Assembly: GCA_951406725.2 (NCBI GenBank)
Contig: OX597819.1
Coordinates: 20,708,001-20,772,000 of the forward strand
DNA: 64,000 bases
Direction: 5' to 3'
Source: Octopus vulgaris
Taxonomy: Eukaryota
Positions 27,248 through 42,489 of the stretch are shown here, in pieces. Position numbers and translations under genes: made by a program. The notes beneath the pieces were generated by a model. The model was not told the origin of the DNA. It searched no databases and saw only the letters and a list, made by a program, of their open reading frames with translations. The stretch's first letter is position 1. Every line of letters begins with the position of its first letter.

Positions 27248-27444
27248 ATATTCATGCACACACACATGCATACACGCATACATGCAGAGTACATACAAAC
27301 GTGCACACATACATATATATACATATATAAGAATACCTACAAACACATACATACATACATACACATGCGCACATACGCATGCATACATATGTGTATGCGC
27401 ACATTCCTGCGCACAATCAAACAAACAAACAAACAGAAAAACGA

Positions 27445-27545
27445 TAATTGGAAGAACGTTGTAGAAAATGAAGGAGAGTATATTTTAGATTAATTTTGAA
27501 AAATAAAAGAAAATAAAACCGCATTATTTATGGGATGACCTAATA
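27445..27545 (+). mobile_element. 3' end fragment of another mariner (last codons plus TIR)
   Basis: Encodes WKNVVENEGEYILD*, a typical mariner C-terminus, followed by aaaccgcattatttatgggatgacctaa-TA. Confidence 0.75.
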
Positions 27546-28646
27546 TATATATATGTCTGTGTGTGTATGTGTGTGTGTGTGTCTGAGAGTGCATCACTAA
27601 TAGAGTGTGTATACAGGCTGACCTACTTAAGATACGTGACATGGATCTAAACTCAATGTTACAATTAATTGAAAAATAACTTCATTTTAAGAAGCATTTT
27701 TTGAGCAGAAAGCCTATAAAATGGAATAGTGCTAATGATCAGGTTGCAGGAATGCGATGAAAGTATTTTAAAGATCTTATAGCAGGTTCTCCGTTACTGA
27801 GAACAAACAAAACATGAATATGACAATCTTAAATGTCTAAAATATATCTTGCACTCGGCAAATGCTTCACGGTTTCAATACAGAGTGTAAGAATATGTCA
27901 TTTGGTAAAGAAGACCAATTCTGGAAAGCGTGTCACTTATGTTTCTTTACCAAAGTAAATGTTTCATACGGGGAAAATATCAGACACAACATTTACGCTA
28001 TGGAAATAATTTCTTAAGAGAGAAAAATCATAGTTGTAGCTATTTTCCTTATTGTTTAAAGACACCACAATGGAATAAACTATATTTAAAATGCGGTTCA
28101 AATGTGACCATGCTAACTCTTCTTTCAGTTTGTTCCATTTAGAAATTCAATTCTTAAAGCGGCGTTTCTTAAAATAAAAGAATGTACAATAAAAATGAGA
28201 CAGATATTTTGCTTCGATTTCTGAAAGTGCGAGGGATGGCTTACAAACTTACTTTTTTAAAAATTTTGTCCTTAAAAAGAATCTCGGTAGAATATTGGCA
28301 TGAATAATGTATATAGAGATCATGATTAATATGAGAGATATATTTCTAGAGAAAGGTAACAGAAATCTGAGCATGAATTAACATGGAATCAATACTCAGA
28401 AAATTGTAAAAATGTGTAGTACATATATTCAGATGTTTTAAATTTTCAAGAGAATTCTAATCTTTTAAACATACATGCACAAATGATTCACCAAATCATG
28501 CTTATATGCAGCCCAACTTTTATTAAGAAATATCTATGTTATTCACATAAGTTTGGCCTTCCCCGTTCTCTCTCTCCATCTGTATATATATATATATACG
28601 CACACGCACTTATGTGTATTCATATGTATACGCATATACGTGATAC

Positions 28647-28680
<34 letters not shown>

Positions 28681-29140
28681 ATATGTGTATTTACACACAT
28701 ACATATATATATATATGTACATGTAAATTTGTATATACACCTACGCTCACACATACTCGTAAACTCGCGTACACTGCCACATACACACACACATATAAAT
28801 TACTGCAGAATAATATTGACAATGATACATCTGAGGCTAACACAACTAGATTCATCACACTGTCAATAGAACAAAAAGGGAAAAAAAAGACAAAGCGATT
28901 GGCACAGATATCGAAGAACAAGCAATAGAGTGCTAAGATTGGTAATGAGGTGTAGTCAAGTGTTGCTCTCACAGTTATAATTACGACCAGAGATCAATAT
29001 AAGTAGAAGAACAATGATTCCTTTCTTTAAATATGATTATATATTAGGAATATAATATGATTACGCCCAAGGTTAATGGACGTTTTATGCAAGATGTCAG
29101 TTAGCTTACTGCCTCATACAAGATTCACATATTTCAGTTG

Positions 29141-29194
<54 letters not shown>

Positions 29195-29266
29195 TCAATA
29201 ACTCCTCTGTATCTATCTAACGATATATGTATTTTTTTATGCTTATATCTTTGTATGTATATATTG

Positions 29267-29314
<48 letters not shown>

Positions 29315-30455
29315 GTATATATGTGTGTGTGCGCGTGTATATGTGTCTGTATATATATGTATATGTGTATGTATGTATCGCTCGATGCCTTATAAATATT
29401 AACAATCATCAATATACATGTATGCGCCACTTAATTTTGTCTTATTATTATATAAGTCAAGAAGCCTTAAGAGATCTCAGTTTTTTTTGAGACAGTGACA
29501 TATTTCATAATTAATGGATATAGCCAAATTATTCACACGTAAGTTACCACAGGTTTCGTGTAAGTTAGATACACTACATTGTTAGGAGAAAAGTCCTTAA
29601 TTCAAGTTGACTATTCCATCGAGGCGTGTGTCAATGGAAAGTCTGTCAGACAAAGATCATTCCATTGTGGAGAAACTTTGTGACAGTTCAGAAGCCATAA
29701 GATTCTAAACTTTTTGAGCTCATTTCATTATCTGGTCATATGTAAGATAAGGACATTCAGAGGTTCGAAATAATATAAATTGATCTAAAAATCGCCTTTA
29801 CTGAATGGAACATTGACAAAGGTCTCCCAACGAAACGTTTCTTTAAATATCAGAGGATTTGTAGTATTCATCAGAGAAGCTTTATCCTAAGGTCTGACGT
29901 AAATATATCACCCACACTCATCATTCCTGTGGGCTTCTTATATTTACACTTACTGATATTCTGATGGAAATGTTCCACCAGTATTCCTTGTGCTGGTATT
30001 CAATAACAAAGGAAGTTCTCTATATTTATTCCAGGGCAGTCGTTTTTTGGAATGGCATTGTATATTGTTTTTACGACAACGTCATGTCACATAGAGAGGT
30101 AGAAAATTGGTGCCATTTTTGGCCAGCTGCTAATCACATGACTTCCATAGAAATATGACATAATCTACATTTAGAGTTGCATCTTGGAACATCACGGGTT
30201 TCGCTATCTCTTTTGTTTAGGTATTTAGTAGCAATCTCCTGTTTTTGTATCGCAAATGTTTAGCAATCGAAGTGTGATGTGATACAGTTGTCACGAGTCG
30301 AAGGGAGGCGTTGCTTCATCCAAATGTTACGGTTTCCTTCAAGTCTACGGGAAACATGAATATGCATGGACTTTTATTGGAATGCTGAGCTTACTGGAAT
30401 TTCAACAGCAGCAGCGGGGTAATTTTGCATGTCTGTCTGTATATACGTACGCATG

Positions 30456-30524
<69 letters not shown>

Positions 30525-30567
30525 GTGCATAGTTATTTTCGTAGTCGGAAACCTAGGTGCTGTAATA

Positions 30568-30850
30568 GGCGCAGGCTTACCAACCACACAAACACATGGT
30601 TGCGGGTTCAGTCCCACTGCGTAGCAACTTGGCCGAGTGTCTTCTACTAGAGCCTCTGGCCGACCAAAGCCCTGTGAGTGGATTTGGTAGACGGAAACTA
30701 AAAAGAAGCCCGTCGTATATGTGTATATATGTATGTATGTATATGTATGTGTGTGAGACAAATAGAATAAGTATCAAACTTACAAAGAATAAGTCCTGTG
30801 TTGATTTGCTCGACTAAAGGCGCTGTTCCAGCTGAAACGAGTAAAAGAGT
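30568..30850 (+). mobile_element. SINE family A copy
   Basis: Matches 62329-62740 with deletions. Confidence 0.9.
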
Positions 30851-32769
30851 ATAATATATATGTGTGTTTGTGTGAGCGTGTATGTGTGAGTGAGTGTGTG
30901 CATGTGTGTGTATATGTCTGTATGTCTGTGAGTATATGTGTAAATATGTACGGTAAAATTTACTCTTCATTTCTTCTCTTTAATCCAACTTACTCTCTCC
31001 TCCATCATTGTCACCTTTCTTCGTTCCCTCATCCGCATTTTCTCACAATAACTCCATTACGCTTCTTCTCTGTCACATTTTCTCTATCTCACACACTTTC
31101 AAACGGATTCCCTCATTTCCTATTTCCACCATTCCATTATATCTACATCTCCGCCTCATCTTTCTTTCACTTTCCTTCTCTCACGTTCTCTCATGCCCAC
31201 CATTTTTTTCTCTTTCCCTTACATTCTCTACATTAGTACAGTGTTAGCCGTCAACAACAGTTTTCTTCCTCTGATTAATCCAGTTGCAATTATTATAAGT
31301 TTCCCTTTGAATTCAGTAGAATTATGCATTGTTCCGTCTGCGTACTATGTAACTTCACCCGTCTTTGTACTAATTAGTACTAAATTAACTGTCTCCTTCG
31401 CCGAACCTCTTGTGATAACCCAAATTTCTGTGCTATTCAAAGCAGTTTCCATGGTCTCATCAAGACTGATACTTCGTCGAAGATATTTCACTATAATCTA
31501 TTAATTGCAAATGCAATGCAACATGTCAAAGACAGTGCATATACACACACTCGCTAACACACATAGATACATAATTATGTATAAATATATATGTTCGTCT
31601 GTGTGTGTGTGCATGTGTGTATGCGTATGTAAGTATGCATGTACATATGCCCTGTCAACCTGTGTGTGAGTTGATGCACATATACAAATATGCATACAAC
31701 TAAATTATTAATGTAAGAATATATATGTACGTAGTTATAAATACGTACATAGAGCATGCGTATATATTCACGATCACATATAATAATTCACAAAAAAACT
31801 CGCAAGTACTCATCCACAGAATTCATATATACACACATATGAAATGATTGATAGAGTCACTCATATATTATCACAGTTAAATTTGTGTATTATTTTCTCT
31901 TACCAGCTGCATCACGAATTTAATCATGTTTTCCTGTTTCATTCCAACTTCTTGGAAAAGAAATTGAAAACAAAAATCATTCCGACATCAGTTTTGATGA
32001 GGAATTTTCAATTAAATAATTTATTGCATTTTCCTATAATTAATTTTAATATGAAATGAAAAGTATAAAAAAAGAAAGTGGGGCATTCGTTTGGTTTGTT
32101 TGTTATCAAACCTTCAGTATTTTGTTATAACACTGTATAGGATATCAATTTAATGCTCTGGAATTCCACAAAGCAAATATAATTGTCCTTCACTTTCAAA
32201 TACCATTTCCATTAAAGATGTCAATTTGACAATATTACCCACAGCAAAAATAGAATCTAATTGAAGTATACGAAAAAGACAAGGAATAAAATCCACTCTA
32301 ATGCCACAGAGTTAAAATGATTTATAGAAAAGCAAACACGTTGAAACAAATTGAGAAAATGACAGCCATTGGTGTTTTGTGTTGTTTTTTCTTTCTTTTT
32401 TTGTGTTTCCTTCTTTTTCTAATTATTTACAAATACCATGATTCATATAACTAATGTGTGGATTAATTTTTGGATGCTTTGTAAGATCATCGCTGCCTGC
32501 GGCTCTGAAATACTTTTTTAAACAACTGGGCGTTGCTCCGATTTCTTGCATAATAACTAATATTCGTTGAATCATATTTTCTAAATTAGAAGCATTCATT
32601 ATTTACGGATATAATGCTCTGCAGTATGCAGTATTATGTTATCTGATAGCGTACAATTTTCCTATCTTACTATTTCATTCTCTATATCGTTTTAGCAGCC
32701 ATCTGAAACGAAATACGCGATATCAGTTCGACAGTCGCTAAGAGAGTAGTGAAACAGGCATTCAGAAAC

Positions 32770-32988
32770 GGCGGCGAGATGGCAGAAGCATTAGCACCGC
32801 CAGGCAAAATGCTTAGCAGTATTTCGTCTCCAGCTACGTTCTGAGTTCAAATTCCGCCGAGGTCGACTTTGCTTTTCATTCTTTCGGGGTCGATTAAATA
32901 CGTGCCAGTTACGAACTGGGGTCGATATAATCGACTTAATTTGTTTGTTCTCTCTGTGATTAGCCCCTTGTGGGTAGTAAAGAAATAG
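32770..32988 (+). mobile_element. tRNA-derived SINE family C with a Meta-SINE-like central domain
   Basis: ggcggcgag.tggcagaa..gagttcaaattccgccgaggtcgactttgc.tttcat.ctttcggggtcga..ccag. Another good copy is at 49901-50126. Confidence 0.85.
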
Positions 32989-33174
32989 GTATTCAGAAAT
33001 GCTACACAAGCAAAATATTCTCCTCTTTTTCTAGGGCGCTGCTGCCATCTAGATTGCTAAAATGTAAAGAAATCATTTTGTAGTATTAACAATTATGCAC
33101 CCTAAGTTTTCAGAGTTTCGTGACCATCAAGATCATTATGTGCTCGTCTTCAGTTAATTTAACTTTATTCTTTA

Positions 33175-33600
33175 TCTTTTACTTAATTTAATCATTGGAT
33201 TGGACCATCCTCTTGTAATGTTTAGTCGAAAACATCGACCGCAGTATCTATTTGGCAGCACGGTACTTATAACACGGGGCCCTTTGTCAATGCGTTGAAT
33301 GACGGGGACGTACAAAAACAAAACACTGGTTGTCAATCATTTTGAAGAGGTCAAACACAAATTTACACACACACAGACACATACACACACACAGACAGAC
33401 ACACACACACAAACACACACAGAGGCACGCACACACACGTACACACACAAAGAGAGACAAACGCACAGCTTATACATAGGAAGAGTCTCTACCTAGCTTC
33501 CGTTTACCTGATTCTCTGACAAGGCATTTGATGATCCAGGGCTAGCGAGAAAAACACTTGCCCGAGGTGGTGCGAAGTGGCACTGAAATGAACCCACATG
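33175..33600 (-). mobile_element. Old diverged SINE family A copy
   Basis: Recognisable blocks: acacttgcccgaggtg, acaaggcattt, tttagtcgaaaacatcgacc. Confidence 0.65.
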
Positions 33601-34532
33601 GGTCATATCACCTCCAAGGAATCCGTAAAGTAATCCATGAAGATAATATCGATAATTTCTTTAGTTTATCGTTGTAGATCATCAATTTAATGGATGAAAA
33701 TTATTTCCTTCAGTCAATCTTTTATTTGCTCTCAATCGATATCTTCCATTAGCCAAAACATTACAAGAATACGTTGCCTTATTCTATTTTTCTAAGGTGA
33801 TATAGATAAACTGCCCGTTGAAAAGTGTGTGATTCTGATCAAATAAGTTTCCAAAATGCAACGAAAGTTACCTTAAACACTTCAAGAATATATGGCAACA
33901 TGGAATTGGTGAATATACTCTAAACCCCACAAAAGGGCTAAACATTTGATATAACTTGTTTTTACTGCGTACACTTGTTTCAAACGTGAATTTTGGTGGG
34001 GCATTTATCTAGTATATTTTTCAAAATGTAACATTGTGAAAAATCTGTCATATTTAATTCAACGGTAATAAAACACAATTTGTTACATCGAAATAATCAT
34101 ATACACACGCATATCAAAAGAACGAACGACGGTGAGAGATGTATTGGGAGACAGACACAGAAAGGGAGGGAGAGAGAGAGAGAGAGAAAAATCTCAAAAC
34201 TTCTGATGTCAAATAAGTCAGTGACGCCAAAGAGGCGAGGCCAAACGACTCTGCCAATACATCGAATACAGTAATACAGACATCATTGGAGTGGAATGTA
34301 GTGATAAAATGTTGGTCAAGAAAATGTATGCAAATCGAAGATCTCTTGTATAAAGATGGGGAGGCTTAAATGGAATCCTCCCTATCAACTGGATATATTG
34401 GTCACAAATAACAAGATTTATATATCAGGTACTCACCAGTAGACTGAAAGTTAGGACAATTATTGAATCGGAATGGTAAGTGGTTTTATAATAAATTTAT
34501 AATAGGAAGTAAGGGAACATCATATATGCATA

Positions 34533-34575
<43 letters not shown>

Positions 34576-35643
34576 CTGCGAACACACATGCGTCTATCAG
34601 TCTATCATATATATATATATATATATGTGTGTACATATGAGTGTGCGTGTTTGAGTACAAGCGTGTGTTTGTGTGTGAGTGTATATATGTATATAGACAC
34701 GCACAAGTATATATTTGCTAGAACAAGTAAAAAGTATATATGCATATATATGCACTTCTCTCTCTTTCTCGCTCTCCCTTTAGATACATGTGTGTGTCTA
34801 CGTATGTGTATATGTCTGTATGTGTGCGTAGGTGGATGCGTTGATTTGTGTGTTTATATTGTTGTTGTTGTTGTTTTTTTGTGTGTTTTTTTTCATATAT
34901 TGCACTTTCATATCCAATGATTGACTCGTCGCTCTATCGCCAAGTCCCCTGTCGGAAATTCTTTACGACAGACATGGTAAATTTCAGCTGTAACTTATGT
35001 CGGCCGCTTACAAAATAGGAAGACAAAGATAGTAGGAGCACTCTAGGGCATTGTGAAATCACGGAAATAAATATTGCAATATTAAAGAGAGAAAAGAACA
35101 TCCAATGTAGTATCAGAAAAAAAGTTGTAATGAATATTTCTGACCTCTTACTCGCTCTTTATTCCTCACACAATTACTCACACAGATTATTTACTCGCTC
35201 AACCACTAAACACGCCTGAAGCAAATGTATCACAATACATCTAACAACCTTGTCACTCGGTTTAACATTAGTTTCAATAGTAGAAAAATGGCGGAAAACT
35301 GACGAACGAATTATTGATATGTGTGTGTATTTGTGTATGAGGGTATAAATGTACGCATTGAAAAAAAATATATAGCCATACACCTACACATATACACGTA
35401 CAAGTAAGATCGCAAACATATACAGTACACAGTATAAGTCTTGTCGAGGTCTAAGTGTAAATAACTCTGTGACTACGTGTGTGGTGGAAATGTGTAAGTC
35501 TGTGTCGGTAGATTATAAGAGTGTATACGAGATTTCTTTTTATCTCGAAAAAGGAAAAAAGTGACTTAGAAACACCACAATTGTGTGTGTGTGTGTGTAT
35601 ACATACCTTCATAGAATATCATTATGTTATATATTATATACAG

Positions 35644-35686
<43 letters not shown>

Positions 35687-35752
35687 ACATACATCGTACA
35701 TACATGTGTGCGTATACTCACATTCGTACACACGTACAAAACACATACGCGC

Positions 35753-35781
<29 letters not shown>

Positions 35782-35789
<8 letters not shown>

Positions 35790-36036
35790 TAAATTAGAGA
35801 TAAAACCACTATTAGGCAAATCATACAATGAAAAACTTAAGCCAAGACATAAGATTAATTAATTTATATTATTTAAAATATATATCAAAATTATTAAGAA
35901 GATAATGAGTATAACACTTTTTAATAATTTTGATATATATTTTAAATAATATAAATTAATTAATCTTATGTCTTGGCTTAAGTTTTTCATTGTATGATTT
36001 GCCTAATAGTGGTTTTATCTCTAATTTAATATAATA
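35782..36036. repeat. Essentially perfect palindrome, ~116-bp arms (35782-35897 and 35921-36036), 23-bp spacer
   Basis: aaattagagataaaaccactattaggcaaatcatacaatgaaaaacttaagccaagacataag versus cttatgtcttggcttaagtttttcattgtatgatttgcctaatagtggttttatctctaattt. It lies between (TA)n tracts. Confidence 0.95.
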
Positions 36037-36113
36037 TAATATTTTACTATAAAATTAGATTCAATCCTAAATCTGATTTTTCCCTGTAAGTTTGGATTTA
36101 TTCCCTAATATTT

Positions 36114-36183
<70 letters not shown>

Positions 36184-36438
36184 ATCGGTGTTGGTATTTG
36201 TTGGTGTAATCTCGAACTAGCAGCACATAGTACTTCTCCTCAACCTATAATCTTTGTTGAGTAAAACTGCTGGTTACTCTAGATATTGAGACATCGACAC
36301 TAAAGGTTTTTATACTCGTATTGGGTCCCATTAGTCGTGCAGGCGGTCGTATAACTGTAACATTACCGCAAATCTTTTTCATTCGGCTTCACAATTCTGT
36401 TATGCGTGTCTGTGTAAGTGTGTATGTCTCTATGAGTC

Positions 36439-36486
<48 letters not shown>

Positions 36487-36594
36487 TATATATGTATATA
36501 GAGGAATTGTTATACGTATATATAAATGTATATATATATATATATATATAAATACATATACGTACATATGAGTTACTATACTCAGATATATGTT

Positions 36595-36630
<36 letters not shown>

Positions 36631-36719
36631 TGTGAATGTGTGCGTGCGCATGTATACGTGTGTGTTGCAGGTGTCACCGAGAAAAGCATAAAGCATATTT
36701 ATCAAATTAAAATAATGAA

Positions 36720-37420
36720 AACGCTTGCTTTTCCTATGAGTGCATTCTCAGATGATGTCTGTTTAGTGATGGAGATATTCTACACAGTAAAGAAGGCTTC
36801 GACTCCTACTGGAAATCTGAAAAGCAGGCTTTGTTCAGAACACTGGATCAGATTGAATGCAAATATATCCATATACAAAACTAGTCTGCACTCAGCTTTA
36901 TCGTATAGCTGAGAAACTTGGATGTTCTACAAACACAAAGTCAATTTTTTCGGACGGTTTCACCAATGATGTTTCACATATATAGTCAATGAGAAGTGGA
37001 CCACATACACCGCGAAGACTGAGGTTGTAGAGAACGCTGGAATGTCTAACATTGAAGCCATCATCAATAGGAGGGTTTTAACGTGGATTGGAGAGCTGGT
37101 TTGCTTGAGAAACATTTATGGGGAACCGAAAAAAGGAAAAGAGAAAGCGTTAGGACAAAATCAGTTGAACTTCATGATGTGTGCTTCCTCTATTGAAAAC
37201 TGGGAAGAGCAGGCTTGCAATGGAGCAAAATATTCGTTGGTGGTGTAGCATTATTTGTGAGGGAAAAATATGTATGCTCCATACTGACTAATTGCATGAG
37301 GAAAGAATCTGCAATATCGAAGGCTTCGGACAAAACCAGTCACTGTGAAAGATGCTTAAGAATCAGCGTCTTTCCTGCTGGTTTCAAAAGCCTTAGGCGA
37401 GGGATGATGAAATAAGGCTG
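36720..37420 (+). mobile_element. Highly decayed RTE-clade LINE 3' fragment
   Basis: ISIYKTSLHSALSYS*ETW..Y, RFHQ*CF..I...W, EVVENAGMSNIEAII.RR.L.WIG parallel the RTE C-terminal region seen at 15024-15590. Confidence 0.75.
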
Positions 37421-38134
37421 GTGACGTTTTGAGTTCAACATGAGTGGCAAAATATTGACGTCAAAACTGGCATGAATTTATTTACAAAGTCATGTCAGGA
37501 AACAGATTTAAGAAGAAATATTAATACGTTCAAAATAAAATACATGGAAAATAGGCGAAAGTTCTTTCGCGAACGATTTGATAGTGATGAACCATCAGTC
37601 AGGCATACTAACAAACGAAACAACGACGTTGGCGAAGCAAATGAGAAAACTAGAGGACAGTTTCATCCCTTACAACGCAAAAAGGAACGTTTCAAATGAC
37701 GAATGTCATACTTGAATGGGGCTCAAACGATGTACCTTCTCTATACAGCAGAATTGATATAAATCAAGTTAATGCTAAGAAAAGACACATTTGTTTACAT
37801 CGCATTTTTTATCGGTTGTAAAAAATGAACAAACATTTTGAAATTAAATGCTCTGCAGAGATTTTAAGAATACTTGATGATCTACGAAATGATCATGCTG
37901 CAATAAATATACTCTTTATGCATCAGGATTGACAGTTCTCAAAATAATGAGTAAATACGTTTCCTCAAATTTCCAGGGAGACATAATTAGAGATATTTTG
38001 CGACTGGAGCAGTTTTTCCATTAATAAAATGAATTGTCTCTTCATAGCCTATGAAATATTGCTCATACGGTACATTTCATTTATTCTTCATTTCTTCATT
38101 CACATTATATGTATGTATGTCATTCTTAAGCTTT

Positions 38135-38810
38135 ATTTCAAGATTTCTTGCCAATAGGGAAAGGGTCGCTTTCTAACCTAGTTTCAAGGCCCCTTCATTG
38201 GAATTTCAACATCAACAACAAGGTATCTTTGTTTGTATGTATATGTGTAGTTTTGTACGTTTTGCTTTATGTGTGCATTCTCATGGATATAGTTGCACGT
38301 CTAGACATGCTCATATATACGTAAATGTTAAACTTCTGGAAAGTTTTACAGATTTTTACAGTTCCAGTGATGGATTAGATTTGTAGTATTCGAATTAGCT
38401 GTCTCCTTTCTGGTTTTGAGAAGCCTATTTTCTCAAGATTTGAATTTAGGCAGTGTGTTACATATCCGAGCCCCCCCCCCCCCTAATTACAGGTATAAAC
38501 CTGAACTTGTAATCTGGATAGAGTAAATGCAGATTCTTCAATAGTTCAGCACAGGTTTTCTCTTTTTCACTGATCTTCAGCTTTATAGTAACATTCGCTG
38601 GACAGATAATTTCCACAACTGTGCACAGATTCACTTCTCTATCCCAAATCATTATATCAGTTCTATTGTGCTTACATTTTATTGAGGTCTTCACTGGAAC
38701 ATTCCACTAGTAATATTTTTGGGTTTAGTGGCTATGGCTTCTACCATACTGGAGTTCTCATTTCTTTGTCCTCGAGGTTCCCCTACCGACGGTTTTCATT
38801 ATAGAATGTC
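38135..38810 (-). mobile_element. 3' fragment of a restriction-like-endonuclease non-LTR retrotransposon (R4/Dong-like)
   Basis: KCKHNRTDIMIWDREVNLCTVVEIICPANV..KISEKEKTCAEL..L..LYPDYKFRFIPVIRG matches the HNRPDI...VE..CP...EK..KY..L...IPVIIG pattern of the PD-(D/E)xK domain. Confidence 0.85.
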
Positions 38811-40159
38811 CTAGCTATATGTATGTATGCATTAATGTATGTATGTATCTATGTGTGTATGTGTGTGTGTGTATGTGTGTATGTATCTGTATGTATGTAT
38901 CAGTATGTGGCTGTCTGTGAATCGATAGATAGATAGATAAATAACTGGTGGACATACATTTACATCTATATATGTATGTATGTATCTCTCTCTCTCCATA
39001 TATATGTATGCATGTATGCATGTATGTATATATATGATATATAGGTATGTATATACTCACACCTGTATGGGTTAACGCATTTATAATATAACATATTATG
39101 CATGCGTATTTATATCGAAAATTTCTTTTTAAAGAAAGCAGTATTTTTGAAAGTAAGACTTTTGCATTTGCAGTTTCCACAGCTTTAGACGTGAGATAAC
39201 GGGCGAATTCGAAACTTACAATCATAATCTGGTTTGATGTTTCCTCTTAAACTATTGTAGAAATGCACACGAACACAAAAATGTCTGCAGATATATTCCT
39301 TATGTCAACATTTGTAACTCAGTGTCAACACTAGAAGCCATTGTTACATTTTAAAGTCTTCGTGAAATATTTGATAATTTCCGAAATTTAGAAAGCGATG
39401 CACTTACTCCGTATCTTTTACTATTTCAAGATATTTATATCGACTTTTCAACACATATTTTTTGCTTAGACATTTTTCTTTGTTGTATTGTTTATCATTG
39501 TTGCTATTATTGTTGTTGTTGTTAATATTATTAGTATTATTATTACTAGTATTATTATGCTACAGTTATAATGCAATCTTGCATCGTGACTTTTCGTAAA
39601 AAGAAATAAAAAATCGTTCTGCACATTATTCGTTACAAGACAGATTTTTCTCCTTCTTCCTCTTATTCTTGCTATTTCTTTCCTATTTCAATCGACAACC
39701 ATTGTTGCCATAGTAACTGATTGTATACAGATCATAATGGAACCAATAATCGACATCAGCAGATAAAATCCGCAATAAAACAGCTACCTCGGTACTTAAT
39801 GGTTTTACTCTTGTAGTTTCTAGTGTAATAATGTTTCGTTAGTGTTTAGTATTATTGCTGAACGTGAAGGCGATGTCGGTGAAGACGTAGTTCTGTGGTG
39901 GAAGAAGGTTGGCTTATCAGAATCCGTAGAGCCTCCGGATAAATGGCGTAGATTTTGTTTAGTTAATTCTTTGCACATATATTTGATCGAATCGTGCAGA
40001 GGACGAGGGTAGCTTCGTCTATCTAGGTTTGATGTAACAAAGTACCAGTTACGTACTGAGTATGAAATAATCACGTTTTTGATCTTTTAGACTTGTACCC
40101 AATTTTAAATTCAACAATAGTCAATATGAAAATGTTGCAATAGTGGTGGTGAGATCGAG

Positions 40160-40191
<32 letters not shown>

Positions 40192-42415
40192 GGTGGTGGT
40201 AGGAAGATACACTAATGGCGTAACTGACATTTATGTAATCAATGATGTGGGTGAAAATTTAGCGAGATGGTAGGATACGGAGAAGATAGAAAAGATTAGT
40301 TGAATTCAATATATATCCAAGGGCTTTTGCTTGACCAAATCAAAAGTATTTCGGAAAAAAACGTCATGTGCCATCTATTTCAGCACTTTATTAGGTGACG
40401 CCAAATCCGGCTGACATTCAAATTTCCTTTTCATCCTTTTGGGGTCAATGAAAAATAGAGCAAAATCGAAAATTGTTGTCGATATAACTGGGGCTGGAAT
40501 TATTGGAGATGTCGACTATTTTGTTTCGTTGTATGGAGAAGAGATGTTCCAAAAAATCCTAGCCAGGTCAAGATGTTGGCTTAGTCATGCCCTCTCCTTA
40601 TGCAAACGACATCAATCACGTGGGGAAAAAGGTTCCCGATTGCTATATAAGTAATGAATATGTCATGATTGTGATGCAGAATATGATCGACATCATTCAT
40701 GAGAGTATAAAGACTGCTCTTCTAGACACGTCTACAAAAAAATGTCCTATTCTCAACCAGAGATTTACGCAAAAGGGATGTTACAACCACGCGAATATCG
40801 AAACACTGAAAACTCCACACACACTGTAGGAAACCTATGGCGGACCCATTTGTAATTTGGAAAGACTTTGTTACGCCAGAAATTGCTAAAGTTCACACCT
40901 TTGTGACAGACATTGTGAAATTGAAAAGAAACGTTTCGCCACTATGCCAATGCTAAGGACATTACTGACAGACACAAAACTTCAAATTCCAAATGAAGTT
41001 GTCTAGTATAAGCAAAATTATGGAATCAGGTAAAGAAGAGCGAAGAAAAGATTCAAATGCATCCTAAAAATAGATGTACATGTATTTTGTCTACTCTACA
41101 TGAAGAAGTTCTAGAACAGGGTAAATAGAAATATTAATGCGATAAAAAAATGGTATAACAATAAAATGATTGATACTGTTCTTGTAAATGTAACACCGAA
41201 CATTGAACCAGCTAGCATATTTCAGAATTTCTTCTACACAACTAACTGTGATTGGAAATCTATCAAAACTCTTCTCTGTAAATCTTATACTTTTTACAAA
41301 GTTACTTTTCAGAATAATACTATGGCATGTGCTACAATCCTACTCCATTCCAATAGCAAAGTTAGAAAGACTGCGTACAGGGGAAAGTACTAGAAATCAG
41401 CTTGCGCAGATTTCCCCTGAGTTTTACAGATGGTAAATTCTAGGAGTAATAGCGTGAGATTCAAACAATATAGGCTAAACCTCCTGGGAAAGGGTTGGAT
41501 GTCTTAAGATAAATCCTTTTTTCTTCATACATCAAATAAATCCTAGAAAAGAACAAAAACTTTGACTTCTCTGTCCGAGGTCACTGCGAGGCTGAAGGTC
41601 TTCAGTTACGGTTTTCTCAAATATGAAATGGCGCCGGAAATTTGATTCCGTTTCCGTTTCTCACCAACAGAAACAAATTTCGTACGAAGAAGTAAAACTA
41701 CAAACAATTTTACTAACAAACTAATGAGAGAGAGAAAAAAAGGACACTGACAAGCCCTCATTAGAAGTAGCAACTAAATCTACCTTAATTTTTACACTAC
41801 TTTTGAAATAGTGAAAGTCTACCAAGAATATAATCTAGGTTACCCCATACCTGACGAGTGAATGAAAAACAGGAAAATTGTGATGATCAAGGCTGGAGTG
41901 GCATTTAGCACTAAATTTCTTAACTGAAATATTTCCTAGGGATAAACAATAACATGGTGTTACTGAACACACTTTTATTCGTGCTTATGCTCTCATATAT
42001 AACACTGCAAGACTGTAGCAACAGCGCCATCTGCAACAACAAATATGTTACGCATTTTCCACCAAATCTGCTTTATACATTCTTTGATGTCCAATTTAGA
42101 ATTGCGGAGGATAATGAATTAGACGAAATCCAGCGGATTAATGATACCGCATTTACAGTTACACCCATATGGGATTTGCTATTAATTAGATTAGTGTAAT
42201 ACGAACCAAACTAATATATTCATTGTGGCTATGCATAGTTTCGGCAAATTCAGTTTCCCTCGTTATTTTGTGAAATAATAGTGTCATAACTATTTACAGG
42301 AAAACAAGCACGAAAGATAATACATTAGACGACGCCAATGGGATCTATTTCCCGTATATTTTTATTCTGATCGACTCTGTTATGAGATTATGAAGAGAAA
42401 GAGAAAGAGAGTATG

Positions 42416-42489
<74 letters not shown>

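Noticed and set aside
39820-40074. 84-aa minus ORF that looks like a terminal exon with a splice acceptor
   Set aside because: The plus strand of ~39910-40060 aligns by eye to a decayed SINE family C (cagaatc..., aagtaccagttacgtactg), so the frame is probably fortuitous.
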